Assembly: GCA_965213965.1 (NCBI GenBank)
Contig: OZ243925.1
Span: forward strand, 1,936,403-2,000,402
DNA: 64,000 nucleotides
Origin: Phototrophicaceae bacterium
Lineage (GTDB): Bacteria; Chloroflexota; Anaerolineae; Aggregatilineales; Phototrophicaceae
Direction: 5' to 3'
The notes under the pieces are model-generated. The model was not told where the DNA came from. It was given only the letters and a program-made list of their open reading frames with translations, and searched no databases. This document shows positions 35,895-45,534 of the stretch, in pieces. The position numbers and the translations under genes are program-made. The number at the start of each line of letters is the position of its first letter. Within the stretch, counting starts at the first letter, position 1.

Positions 35895-37106
35895 ATGTTG
35901 ACCATCTTGTTGATCGTCTTCGTACAGATGATCGGCACAGCCATGGTGAACCCCATCCTGCCGCTGTATGCGCAAAGCGAATTCGCCATGTCGCCGGAGC
36001 TGATTACCTTGTTGCTGACGGCATTCTTCGGCGCGCAATTCATCGCTGGCCCCACCATCGGCCGCATGTCCGACCGGCGCGGACGCCTGCCTGTGCTCTT
36101 GATCAGCCAGGTCGGCACAGTCATCGCCTTTGTGATGATTGGCTTTGCGCAGTCGGTGCCGATTCTGTTTTTTGCGCGCGTGCTGGATGGCATCACGGGC
36201 GGCAACATCGTGGTGGCCCAAGCCTATGTCACCGATATCATGCCCGAGCACAAACGCACGCAAGCGCTGGGCTATGTCATGGCCGCGTTCGGATTGGGCT
36301 TCATCGTCGGCCCAGCTGTCGGCGGCCTGTTGGCCAGCGTGCTGGGGCCGCAGATGCCCTTTTTGATTGCGGCGGCGGCGGCGCTGGCCACCGTGCTATT
36401 GACCTGGTTCACATTGGAAGAGACGCTCAGCCCTGCCGACCAAGCCCGCAACCGTGATGGCAACCGCGCCAGCATGCGCCTGAAACCCATGTTGGGCAAT
36501 GTGGCGCTGCTGGCGGTCATGGGCGTTTCTTTTGTTTCGCGTTTTGGCTTCGGCTTGTTAATCGGCACATTCGCCCTCTTCGCCGAAGCGGTGCTTTTTG
36601 CTGGTGAGGATTTTGCCACGGTCAGCCTGGGCGTGGGCTTGCTGTTGATGGTGGTCGGCGTGGGGCAATTTATTACGCAGATCATCATCTTGCCGGCGGC
36701 GCTGCGGCATTTTGGTGACCCCGCCATTGTCATCCTGGGCGCGGCGGCGCGGGCGCTCGGCATGTTCACCCTGGCAATCGCCACAGAGCCACTGTTGGGT
36801 TCGGTGAGTATGGTCGCATTCGCTTTGGGCAGCGGCTTGCTGTTGCCCGCCTTGCAGTCGCTGGTTACCAAGACGGTCGCGCCCGAGCTGCGCGGCGGCA
36901 TCCTGGGCGCGCATCAGTCGGTCATGAGTCTGGGCGTCATCATTTCTACGGCGGTGTCAGGCGGTTTGTTCGCCCTAGACCCGGCTTTGCCCAACTGGCT
37001 GGGCGGCGCCTTGGTCACTTTGGCGATCTTGCCGGCGGCATTTTTATGGGCTTGGTCGCGCAAGAATAGCAAAATGGACGGTGGCCTAGCGGTGGCGACA
37101 CAGTAA
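35895..37106 (+). CDS. MFS transporter (drug:H+ antiporter-like)
   Basis: ATG 35895 (MLTILLIVFVQMIG); an upstream TTG at 35847 is possible. Motif A is GRMSDRRGR. Confidence 0.85.
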   Translation: MLTILLIVFVQMIGTAMVNPILPLYAQSEFAMSPELITLLLTAFFGAQFIAGPTIGRMSDRRGRLPVLLISQVGTVIAFVMIGFAQSVPILFFARVLDGITGGNIVVAQAYVTDIMPEHKRTQALGYVMAAFGLGFIVGPAVGGLLASVLGPQMPFLIAAAAALATVLLTWFTLEETLSPADQARNRDGNRASMRLKPMLGNVALLAVMGVSFVSRFGFGLLIGTFALFAEAVLFAGEDFATVSLGVGLLLMVVGVGQFITQIIILPAALRHFGDPAIVILGAAARALGMFTLAIATEPLLGSVSMVAFALGSGLLLPALQSLVTKTVAPELRGGILGAHQSVMSLGVIISTAVSGGLFALDPALPNWLGGALVTLAILPAAFLWAWSRKNSKMDGGLAVATQ

Positions 37107-37144
37107 CATGGACAGCCTAGTGCGAAGTTGTCGCGTGAAGAGTG

Positions 37145-37218
37145 TCGGGGCGGCGGGATTTGAACCCACGACCTCACCGACCCGAACGGTGCGCGCTACC
37201 GGGCTGCGCCACGCCCCG
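37145..37218 (-). tRNA. tRNA-Pro (CGG)
   Basis: The minus strand reads CGGGGCG-TG-GCGC-AGCCCGGTA-GCGC-G-CACCG-TTCGGGT-CGGTG-AGGTC-GTGGG-TTCAAAT-CCCGC-CGCCCCG-A. The anticodon is CGG and CCA is not encoded. Confidence 0.9.
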
Positions 37219-37267
37219 ACATGGCGGGCAGTCTAGCTGATGCGGCGAAGAGTGACAAGGTCAGATT

Positions 37268-37903
37268 ATGCCTGAGGCGCCAGCACCAACACGCACCGAC
37301 CGCCTGCGCGCGCATAGCCAGGTCCCGCTGGAGCGGCTGGGCGCGGGTTTGGCGCGGCGTGGCGTGCAGGCCGACCAAGTTACCATCTTGGGGCTGCTGC
37401 TGGTCGGGCTGGCGGCGCTGCTGCTGGCGAATGGCGAATTCCTGGCGGGCGCGCTGTTGTTGTTGGGCAGCCTGCCGCTGGATGCGCTGGATGGCGCTGT
37501 CGCGCGGGCGGCACAGCGAGAGGGCAGCTTTGGCATGGTGCTGGATTCAAGCCTGGACCGCTATGCTGACGGTTTTATTTTCGCCGCTTTCGGGTATTAT
37601 TTCGCTGGGCAAGGGCGCATGGATATGCTGGCGGCGGCGCTGGCGGCGCTGGTGGGCAGCTTCATGGTCAGCTACATCCGCGCGCGTGCCGAAGATGCTG
37701 CAGTGGCGGTGAAGGCGACCGTCGGGCTGTTTTCGCGGCTTGAGCGCGTGGTCGGCTTGTTGCTGATGACATTCGCCGCCGGCCTGCTGGATAGCAGCGC
37801 GCCAGTGGAGATCGGTTTGCTGCTGCTGGCGGCGGGCACAAATGTTACGGCGCTGCAACGATTGCGCTATGTTCACAGGACATTGAAGGACCGAGGTGGA
37901 TAA
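37268..37903 (+). CDS. CDP-alcohol phosphatidyltransferase family protein
   Basis: D-x2-DG-x2-AR...G...D...D motif (LDALDGAVARAAQREGSFGMVLDSSLDRYAD). Confidence 0.85.
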   Translation: MPEAPAPTRTDRLRAHSQVPLERLGAGLARRGVQADQVTILGLLLVGLAALLLANGEFLAGALLLLGSLPLDALDGAVARAAQREGSFGMVLDSSLDRYADGFIFAAFGYYFAGQGRMDMLAAALAALVGSFMVSYIRARAEDAAVAVKATVGLFSRLERVVGLLLMTFAAGLLDSSAPVEIGLLLLAAGTNVTALQRLRYVHRTLKDRGG

Positions 37904-38989
37904 ATGGAATTTGAGCAAGCATATCTGGTCATCGGCAACTTGCAGGTGCGTTATTACGGCATCATCATCGTCCTGGCGCTGCTGTCTGGTTCTTATGTTG
38001 CCTCCGTGCTGGCTAGCCGCAGTGGACTTGATTCCGACCACATCTGGGGCGGTTTGACCTGGGCGATCATCCCCGGCATCATTGGCGCGCGCTTGTGGTT
38101 TGTGCTCTTCCCGCCTGTCTCACTGACGGTCGGCTGTGGCATCGAAGGCGAGTTATGCCAAGACACAGCCTGGATGTTGCAAAACTTCTTTGATAGCGAA
38201 AACGGCGCGATCGCCATCTGGAATGGCGGGCTCAGTATTTTCGGCGCGATGATCGGCGGCACATTTGGCGCCTGGCTCTATCTCAGCGCTTGGCACAACC
38301 GCATCGTGAGCGTGCTGACCACATTGGCCACGCCCCTGCTTTGGCTTTATCAATTGCTGGAATGGCTGATTGCCTATGCCTGGGCTCGCCTGCGCGGCAA
38401 GGATGCGGCGGCTTTTCAATATCGCCGCCCGCTCAGCAGCTTCCCGGACGAAGGCATGCGCCTGGGACCCTGGATGGATATTGCCGGCGTGGCCATTCCC
38501 TTGGGGCAAGCCATCGGCCGCATCGCCAACTACATCAATCAAGAGCTCTATGGGGGCCCCACCAACCTGCCTTGGGGCATCAACATCCCGCGGGAAGCCC
38601 GCGTCGCGCCTTATGAAAGTTTGATCGAGTATCCAATCGATGCGCTATTTCATCCCCTTTGGGCATACGAAGCGCTGTGGAGCCTGGTTGCCTTTGTGGT
38701 CTTGTGGCGCGTGTATCATCTGTATCGCGGACAATTGTTGAGCGGCGACATCTTGCTGCTTTATATCGCGCAGTACGCTGTTGGTCGCTTCCTGCTGGAA
38801 TTCATGCGCGTGGAGGTCGCCACCATCGGGCAAACGGGCATCAATAGCTCGCAGGCGATTACCTTGATCGCGCTGGTCGTCTCGGTTGGGCTGTTGCTGC
38901 GGCGGCACCGCGGCGGGCGCTATGCGGCATTAAAAGCGGCCGATGACGCGGCGATGCGCGCAGAAAGCCAACAAGGGGCGGACTCGTAA
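37904..38989 (+). CDS. lgt: Prolipoprotein diacylglyceryl transferase
   Basis: YGIIIVLA...GARLWFV and GRIANYINQELYG Lgt signatures. ATG directly follows the upstream TAA. It is longer than typical (361 aa) because of an internal insertion. Confidence 0.9.
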   Translation: MEFEQAYLVIGNLQVRYYGIIIVLALLSGSYVASVLASRSGLDSDHIWGGLTWAIIPGIIGARLWFVLFPPVSLTVGCGIEGELCQDTAWMLQNFFDSENGAIAIWNGGLSIFGAMIGGTFGAWLYLSAWHNRIVSVLTTLATPLLWLYQLLEWLIAYAWARLRGKDAAAFQYRRPLSSFPDEGMRLGPWMDIAGVAIPLGQAIGRIANYINQELYGGPTNLPWGINIPREARVAPYESLIEYPIDALFHPLWAYEALWSLVAFVVLWRVYHLYRGQLLSGDILLLYIAQYAVGRFLLEFMRVEVATIGQTGINSSQAITLIALVVSVGLLLRRHRGGRYAALKAADDAAMRAESQQGADS

Positions 38990-39050
38990 TGTCGGCGCAA
39001 AATGCTGATATACTGCTGTTGACGGATTCAGCGGTGTAAAGGCTCTTGAC

Positions 39051-39809
39051 ATGGCGCGTGTAATCATTCTCGGCACATCTGGCGCGGTTTGCGACGCCCG
39101 TCACGACTACTCGCATTTCCTGCTGGTCGGCAAGGAAGGCGGCCCCGTGCTGGTCGATGCTGGCTCCAACCCCTTGAGCAAAATCAAGGCGCTGGGCATC
39201 GATGACTTGGCGCTGCAAGATATTATCCTGACGCATTTTCATTCTGATCATGTGGCGGGCGTGCCCAATATGCTCATGCACATGTGGCAGATGGGGCGCA
39301 AGCAGCCGATCCGCTTTTACGGCATCCCGCATTGTCTCGATCGCGTTGAAGGCACCATGGATATGTACGGCTGGGAATATTGGCCCAACTTTTACCCGGT
39401 GTCGTTCACGCGTACGGGTTTGGGCGATGATACCTTGCTCTTTGAGAATCAAGATTTTCTCATCCGCTCGTTCCCGGTCGCGCACTTCATCCCCACCATT
39501 GGCATGCGCATCACCAACAAGCACAACGGCAAGGTGCTGGCCTATAGCTGTGATACTGAGCCCTGCCCGAATGCGCTGAAAATCGGCAAAGATGCCGATA
39601 TCTTCATCCATGAAGCCGGTGGTCCGCCGCCGGGCCACAGCACTGCCCGCATGGCTGGTGAAGCGGCATCGGCAGCTGGCGCGAAAGAACTTCGCTTGAT
39701 CCATTACCAAGTCTGGAATCAAGATCCAGAGACTTTGGTGCCCGAAGCGGCGCAGACCTATGCGGGGCCCATCACCCTCTGTCGAGACTTTGACGAGTTC
39801 GAGTTTTAA
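39051..39809 (+). CDS. MBL-fold metallo-hydrolase (RNase Z-like)
   Basis: THFHSDHVAG (HxHxDH) motif. Confidence 0.85.
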   Translation: MARVIILGTSGAVCDARHDYSHFLLVGKEGGPVLVDAGSNPLSKIKALGIDDLALQDIILTHFHSDHVAGVPNMLMHMWQMGRKQPIRFYGIPHCLDRVEGTMDMYGWEYWPNFYPVSFTRTGLGDDTLLFENQDFLIRSFPVAHFIPTIGMRITNKHNGKVLAYSCDTEPCPNALKIGKDADIFIHEAGGPPPGHSTARMAGEAASAAGAKELRLIHYQVWNQDPETLVPEAAQTYAGPITLCRDFDEFEF

Positions 39810-39829
39810 GTCTTCCTTCATCCTGCAAT

Positions 39830-39996
39830 ACGAAGCACAAAGTTTTTTTCGCTACAGAGGCACAAGCAGTCGTGCCAAGCAAATCATGCGAATATAAGGG
39901 AATGATTGTAGGGGCGAGCCATGGGCGCCCGTCAACACAATTGAAAGCGGGCGAGTTAGCGCCTGGCCCCTACACAGATTTCATTCGCAGGACTTA
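39830..39996 (+). repeat. MITE-like nested-hairpin repeat, near full-length copy
   Basis: ACGAAGCACAAAG..GCTACAGAGGCAC ... GTAGGGGCGAGCCATGGGCGCCC ... GCCTGGCCCCTACACAGATTTCATTCGCAGGACTT. The module order is the same as in the 58418 copy. Confidence 0.65.
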
Positions 39997-40102
39997 TACA
40001 ACCCTCCCCCTATTTTGGCGCAGGCTGGCATTCGCGGTACAATCCTGTCGTCTCTCACTTCTGGGAGGTTCGTTCATCAAGCAAGCATTGGAGGCAATGA
40101 TA

Positions 40103-41776
40103 ATGAAATCTCGCATTCGTATGACGCTCTGGCTCGTTTTGCTGCTGGGGCTATTGGCGCTGCCAGCGGCGAGCCAGGACGAGCTATTGAGCTTTGCCGC
40201 TGCCGATTGTGATTATGGCGGTAATCTGAAGTCAGTCGAGGCGCTGGATGCGCTCACCGTCCGCGTCTCGCTTTGCAACCCTGATGCCATCTTTGATCAA
40301 GAAATGGCCAGCCTCGGTTTGTCTATCCACCCCCGCGAATGGATGGATGCCACCGGCGGCACCGGCGACATCCTGACCAATGCCATTGGCACGGGCCCGC
40401 TGCGCCTGGCCAATTGGGATCAAGGCAATGAGATGGTCTTCGAGCGCTTCGATGACTATTGGGGCGAGCCATCTATCGAAGATACCGTCATCTTGCGCTG
40501 GAATTCTGAGGCGGCCGCCCGCGCCACCGAGCTGCGCGCTGGCACGATTGACGGCATGAAGTTCGCCAACCCCGATGACATCCCCGTCTTCCGCGCCGAC
40601 CCCAACTTCAACCTCATCGACATCCCCCCGCTGACCGGCGTGTATGTCGCCATGAGCAACTTCTTCGAGCCGCTCAACGATATCCGCGTGCGCAAAGCCA
40701 TCGCCATGGGCATCGACCGCCAGCGCATCGTCGATAACTTCTTCCCGCCCGGCTCGCCCTTGACTCCCGACTTCGTGCCGCCGGCCGTCTTCGGCCACAT
40801 CGGCGAGAGTGGCGTGCCCGGCTTTGATCAAGCAGCGGCGATTGCCCTGCTCGAAGAAGCCGCTGCTGATTTGGGCTTCTCGTTGCCGCTGGAATCGCTT
40901 GTGGATACGCGTACGGGCGAATCGCGCGGCTTGACCTTGACCTGGCGCGATGTCGTCCGCGGTTACTTGCCCAACCCGGGCATCATCGCCAACGATATCG
41001 CCGCTCAACTCGCCGACATTGGCATCATCGCCGATGTGCAAGTTGTGGAATCAGGCGCTTTCATCGCCTCGGCGCTTTCGGGCAACGAGCCGCTGCACAT
41101 CCTGGGCTGGCATGCGGACTTCCCCGATGCCTCCAATTTCTTGACCTGCTGCCACGGGCCGAATATGGCGCAGATGGGTGAACCCTATCCAGAGGTATAT
41201 GAGCCATTGATCGCGGCGGGCCAAGTCCTCGACCCCGATGCGCGCATGGCTTTCTTCCAGCAGGTTGCTGAAGGTATGTCCTCTGCTGTGCCTTGGGTGC
41301 CCTTCGGCCATGCCGGTTCTGCCGATGTTTGGCAAGCTGATATCATTGGCGTCCACCCCGGCGTCCTCGATGGCACGGAAGAATTCTCGCGCCTCGAAGA
41401 CCCCGACGACGACAACATCATCTATATGCAGAATGCCGAGCCCATCTCCATCTACTGCAACGATACCTGGGATGGCGAGACCTTCCGCGCCTGCCATCAG
41501 GTGCAAGAATCCTTGCTCGACTTCGAGAAGGGTGGCGTCGCTGTGATCCCTGGTTTGGCGGAATCCTGGGATGTCTCTGAGGATGGCACAGTCTGGACCT
41601 TCAACCTGCGCGAAGGCGTGCTCTTCCACGATGGCTCCTCGCTGGATTCCAACGATGTGGTCGCCTCGTGGCAGGCTTCTGCTGATTGCGCCAGCCCCAA
41701 CCACACCGGCCGTGGCGAAGGCTTCGCCATCTATCTGTCCATCTTCCAGCAATTCATCAATGCGGATCAGTGCTAG
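40103..41776 (+). CDS. Family-5 (DppA/OppA-type) ABC solute-binding protein with apparently permuted domain order
   Basis: ATG 40103 lies 8 nt after GGAGG. Signal peptide MKSRIRMTLWLVLLLGLLALPAAS. SBP_bac_5-like motifs are present, but the canonical N-terminal module (VIPGLAESWDVSEDGTVWTFNLREGVLFHDG) sits at the C-terminus. The upstream part of the ORF-track ORF runs through the repeat and is rejected. Confidence 0.85.
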   Translation: MKSRIRMTLWLVLLLGLLALPAASQDELLSFAAADCDYGGNLKSVEALDALTVRVSLCNPDAIFDQEMASLGLSIHPREWMDATGGTGDILTNAIGTGPLRLANWDQGNEMVFERFDDYWGEPSIEDTVILRWNSEAAARATELRAGTIDGMKFANPDDIPVFRADPNFNLIDIPPLTGVYVAMSNFFEPLNDIRVRKAIAMGIDRQRIVDNFFPPGSPLTPDFVPPAVFGHIGESGVPGFDQAAAIALLEEAAADLGFSLPLESLVDTRTGESRGLTLTWRDVVRGYLPNPGIIANDIAAQLADIGIIADVQVVESGAFIASALSGNEPLHILGWHADFPDASNFLTCCHGPNMAQMGEPYPEVYEPLIAAGQVLDPDARMAFFQQVAEGMSSAVPWVPFGHAGSADVWQADIIGVHPGVLDGTEEFSRLEDPDDDNIIYMQNAEPISIYCNDTWDGETFRACHQVQESLLDFEKGGVAVIPGLAESWDVSEDGTVWTFNLREGVLFHDGSSLDSNDVVASWQASADCASPNHTGRGEGFAIYLSIFQQFINADQC

Positions 41777-41784
41777 CCGCACCT

Positions 41785-41880
41785 GAATTGTAAATCGAAG
41801 GGGCGACTTATCAAGTTGCCCGCATCATCCACAAGGCAATTCGTAGGGGGGGCGATCCATTGGGTCGCCCTTTTTTTTGC
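41785..41880. repeat. Partial copy of the repeat family (two hairpins)
   Basis: GGGGCGACTTATCAAGTTGCCC and GTAGGGGGGGCGATCCATTGGGTCGCCC. Confidence 0.5.
41849..41878 (+). terminator. Hairpin plus T8, a likely terminator for the SBP gene (hairpin derived from the repeat family)
   Basis: GGGCGATCCA-TTGGGTCGCCC followed by TTTTTTTT (41871-41878). Confidence 0.55.
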
Positions 41881-41905
41881 AATACGGGGCGCGAGGAAAG
41901 CAGAC

Positions 41906-42844
41906 CTAATTCCGATTCAGCCGCGGATCCAGTGCGTCGCGCATGCCATCGCCCAATAGGTTAAAGCCCAGCACCGTGATCATGATGGCGATGCCGGGGA
42001 AGAAGACCAAATGCGGCGAGGTAAAGAGATAATTGCGCGACTCGCTGAGGATCTGCCCCCATTCCGGCGTCGGTGGCTGCGCGCCCAAACCCAAAAATGA
42101 CAGCGCGGCCGCGTCCAAAATCGCCGTGCCCACGCCCAAAGTTCCTTGCACAATGATGGGCGTGATGGCGTTGGGCAAGATGTGCGCCAGCACGATGCGC
42201 CAAGGGCTCGCCCCGATGGCGCGCTCTGCCAACACAAACTCCTGCTCTTTGATAGAGAGCACGCTGGCGCGCGAAAGCCGCGCGTATTGCGGGATGAAAG
42301 TAATCGTGATGCCCAGCAGCGCATTGGTCAAGCCGGGCCCCAGGATGGTCACAATCGATATCGCCAGCAGCAACGCCGGGAAAGCCAGCACCACATCCAT
42401 CAGGCGCATGATGATATTGTCCACGCGCCCGCCCACAAAACCCGCCGTGATGCCCAGTGCTGTGCCCACAACGATAGACAGGCTGATGGTGATGACGCCC
42501 ACCGAAAGCGATGTCCGCGTGCCATAGATCACGCGGCTGTAGAGATCGCGCGCGTTCAGGTCGAGCCCGAGGATATGCAGCGGGTCTTCACAGCCCAGCA
42601 AGGGGATGCAGGGCGGTTTGCTAGGCAGGCGGCCTGTCTCGCCGGGCACGCCGATCATGGTTTTGATTGGGTCGTGCGTGGCGAAGAGCGGCGCGGCAAT
42701 GGCGACTATCACCAGCCCGCCGATGATGACCATGCCCAGCAGCGCCGAGGGGCTATGCCGCAAGTTGTACAGCGCCTCCAGCCATAGGTTGGCAGAGCGC
42801 ACATGGCTCGCTTGTCTTTCCAGCTGGGCTGGCTTCGCGTTCAC
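41906..42844 (-). CDS. Peptide/nickel-type ABC transporter permease (DppC/OppC-like)
   Basis: N-terminal OppC_N-like segment and EAA-type loop (ERAIGASPWRI). Confidence 0.9.
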   Translation of the reverse strand: MNAKPAQLERQASHVRSANLWLEALYNLRHSPSALLGMVIIGGLVIVAIAAPLFATHDPIKTMIGVPGETGRLPSKPPCIPLLGCEDPLHILGLDLNARDLYSRVIYGTRTSLSVGVITISLSIVVGTALGITAGFVGGRVDNIIMRLMDVVLAFPALLLAISIVTILGPGLTNALLGITITFIPQYARLSRASVLSIKEQEFVLAERAIGASPWRIVLAHILPNAITPIIVQGTLGVGTAILDAAALSFLGLGAQPPTPEWGQILSESRNYLFTSPHLVFFPGIAIMITVLGFNLLGDGMRDALDPRLNRN

Positions 42845-42853
42845 TGGCGCCCT

Positions 42854-43930
42854 CTAGTTAAAGCGGATGCGCGGGTCAAGGTAGCCATACATGATATCGA
42901 CCACCATATTAATCAGCACGAAGCCCGCGGCGATCACCACCGTGAAGCCTTGTACCAATGTGTAATCGCGCGAGGTGATGCTATCGACCAAAGTGCGTCC
43001 CACGCCCGTCAAGCTGAAGATGGTTTCTGTCAACACCGCGCCGCTGATGACCAGCCCAAAGTTCAACCCAATGATGGTGATGACGGGCAGCAGCGCATTG
43101 CGCAGGGCGTGCTTGCCGACAACCTTGCCTTCGCGCAAGCCCTTCGCCCGCGCCGTGCGCACATAATCCTGGCTGAGCACTTCCAGGACGCTGGAACGAG
43201 TCATGCGCGCGATGATCGCCAGCGGGATCGTGCCCACCGCCACCGCTGGCAGGATCAAATGCCGCAGCGCATCCACCAGCAGCTCGCTATTCAAGGTGAG
43301 CAGGGCGTTCAGGGTATTGATGCGCGCGAAGAAAACCAATATCCCCGCTGGTTCCTGGTCGCCCGTCACCCATCCCCACAGCGCATAAAATGGCAGCGGG
43401 TTGGCGCCTGGCGTCAGCCGTCCGGAGGGTGGCAGCGCCAGCGGCGTGTCTTTTAATAGCACAGCGAATAGATAAGCCAGCATCAGCCCCAGCCAAAACA
43501 CCGGCATAGAAACGCCGATATTCGCGCCAATCATCGTGCCCACATCCAGCACCGACTTGTGCCGATAGGCGCTCAAGACGCCGATGGGCACGCCCACGCT
43601 GATGGCGAAGAGCAGCGCAAAACAGCCTAGCTCGACTGTGGTGGGCAGCCGCTCGACCAGCAATTCCATCACTGGGCGGTGAAATCGCAGTGAATCACCC
43701 AGGTCGCCTTGGGCAAAGTTGCGCATATAAATCAGCAACTGCGCGGGCAGCGGCTGGTCGAGGCCGTTGCGCCGGGCAAATGCTTCGCAGATTTCTGGCG
43801 TCGCCCGCTCGCCCAGCACAGCCAGGCAGGGGTCGCCGGGGATAGCGCGCGCCAGGGTGAAGGTGACGATAAGTATCCCGATAATGACAGGGATGGAGAA
43901 AGTCAGCCGCCGCAAGACAAATGTGAGCAT
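42854..43930 (-). CDS. Peptide/nickel-type ABC transporter permease (DppB/OppB-like)
   Basis: MLTFVLRRL...P GDP N-terminus and the YVRTARAKGL motif. Confidence 0.9.
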   Translation of the reverse strand: MLTFVLRRLTFSIPVIIGILIVTFTLARAIPGDPCLAVLGERATPEICEAFARRNGLDQPLPAQLLIYMRNFAQGDLGDSLRFHRPVMELLVERLPTTVELGCFALLFAISVGVPIGVLSAYRHKSVLDVGTMIGANIGVSMPVFWLGLMLAYLFAVLLKDTPLALPPSGRLTPGANPLPFYALWGWVTGDQEPAGILVFFARINTLNALLTLNSELLVDALRHLILPAVAVGTIPLAIIARMTRSSVLEVLSQDYVRTARAKGLREGKVVGKHALRNALLPVITIIGLNFGLVISGAVLTETIFSLTGVGRTLVDSITSRDYTLVQGFTVVIAAGFVLINMVVDIMYGYLDPRIRFN

Positions 43931-43939
43931 CGCCGCCCT

Positions 43940-45424
43940 TTATTCCTCTGCCCAGCCGCGCGCGCGCTCCACTGCCCGCTGCCAGCCGGCATACAGCGAT
44001 TCGCGCTGGTCGGCGGACATGCTCGGTTCAAAGCGCCGTTGCAATTGCCATTGCTGGGCGATTTCTGCCTGTGAGCCCCAGAAGCCCACTGCCAGCCCAG
44101 CCAGGTAAGCCGCGCCCAGCGCTGTTGTCTCGGTGATGGCTGGTCGCTCGACGGGCACGCCTAGGGTATCGGCTTGGAATTGCATGAGGAAGTCGTTGGC
44201 CACAGCGCCGCCATCCACCCGCAGCGCTTCCAGCTGCAAGCCAGCATCCGCGCTCATGGCAGCCACGACATCGCGCGTTTGATAGGCGATGGCTTCCAGC
44301 GTGGCGCGGACGATCTGCGCCCGGCCACTGCCGCGAGTCATGCCGACGATCGTGCCGCGGGCATATTGATCCCAATATGGCGCGCCCAAGCCCACGAAGG
44401 CCGGCACCACATACACGCCGCCGGTATCCGCCAGGCTTTCTGCCAGCGCCTGGCTTTCAGCGGCAGTGTCCAGCAGGCGCATCTCATCGCGCAGCCACTG
44501 CACAGCCGCACCCGCCATGAAGATGCTGCCTTCCAGCGCGTATTGCAGCGGCTCGTCGCCGACTTGCCAGGCGATGGTTGTGAGCAAGTTGTTGGCGGAT
44601 TGCTGGGGCGAGCCTCCCGTATTCATCAGCATGAAGCAGCCCGTGCCATAGGTATTTTTCGCCATGCCCGCTTGATAAGCCGCCTGGCCAAATGTCGCCG
44701 CCTGTTGGTCGCCAGCCATGCCCGCGATGGGGATGCCCCGGCCGAGAATTTCGGCAGCGCATTCGCCGTAAACCTGGCTGCAGGGGCGCAGCTCGGGCAG
44801 CAGCGCGCGCGGGATAGCCAGTCGTTCCAAGATTTCGTCCGACCAATCGGCGCGGTGAATGTCAAAAAGCATGGTGCGCGCGGCATTGCTGACATCGGTG
44901 ATGTGCAAGCGGCCGCCGCTCAGCCGCCAAGCCAGGTAGCTGTCCACAGTCCCAAAAGCCAGTTCGCCATTCTCGGCTCGTCGGCGCGCGCCCGGCACAT
45001 TCTCCAGCAGCCAGGCGACTTTTGTGCCCGAGAAGTAGGCATCAGTAACCAAGCCCGTGCGCTGCAAGATCGTCTGGTCAAAGCCCTCCGCTTTGAGCTG
45101 ATCGCAGAAGCCAGCGGTGCGTCGGTCTTGCCAGACGATGGCATTGTGTATGGGCGCGCCGCTCTGCCTATCCCATATCAAGGTGGTTTCACGCTGGTTG
45201 CTGATGCCGATGGCGGCGATGCGCGCAGGGTCTTCGCTGACTTCCCGCGCGACCGCCAACTGTGTATCCCAGATAGCGCGCGGGTCATGCTCGACCCAGC
45301 CCGGCTGTGGATAAATCTGCGGGAATTCTCGCTGGGCGCTGCGGACGATGCGCCCAGCGCGGTCAAAGAGAATGGCGCGCGAAGAAGTCGTACCTTGATC
45401 CAGCGCCAGAATGAAATCTGCCAT
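43940..45424 (-). CDS. glpK: Glycerol kinase
   Basis: It starts at [21 protein letters not shown] (ATG 45424), and FGGY N- and C-domain motifs run throughout. The upstream 34 codons are rejected. Confidence 0.92.
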   Translation of the reverse strand: MADFILALDQGTTSSRAILFDRAGRIVRSAQREFPQIYPQPGWVEHDPRAIWDTQLAVAREVSEDPARIAAIGISNQRETTLIWDRQSGAPIHNAIVWQDRRTAGFCDQLKAEGFDQTILQRTGLVTDAYFSGTKVAWLLENVPGARRRAENGELAFGTVDSYLAWRLSGGRLHITDVSNAARTMLFDIHRADWSDEILERLAIPRALLPELRPCSQVYGECAAEILGRGIPIAGMAGDQQAATFGQAAYQAGMAKNTYGTGCFMLMNTGGSPQQSANNLLTTIAWQVGDEPLQYALEGSIFMAGAAVQWLRDEMRLLDTAAESQALAESLADTGGVYVVPAFVGLGAPYWDQYARGTIVGMTRGSGRAQIVRATLEAIAYQTRDVVAAMSADAGLQLEALRVDGGAVANDFLMQFQADTLGVPVERPAITETTALGAAYLAGLAVGFWGSQAEIAQQWQLQRRFEPSMSADQRESLYAGWQRAVERARGWAEE

Positions 45425-45534
45425 GCCTAGCCAGCCCTTCGCGTAATGGTGGATACTTCCGCAGCCTATTGTATCGCAAAGGCAAGCCCAAAGGCCTTCA
45501 GGGCAAATCGCGAAAAAAATGAACACCTAGAAAG

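Noticed and set aside
39872-40102. An N-terminal extension of the binding-protein ORF. The extensions 33497-33811 (enolase-family gene), 45425-45526 (glpK) and 16388-16438 (serS) are treated the same way.
   Set aside because: The extensions run through repeat or intergenic sequence and precede well-placed SD plus ATG sites that give canonical N-termini or signal peptides.
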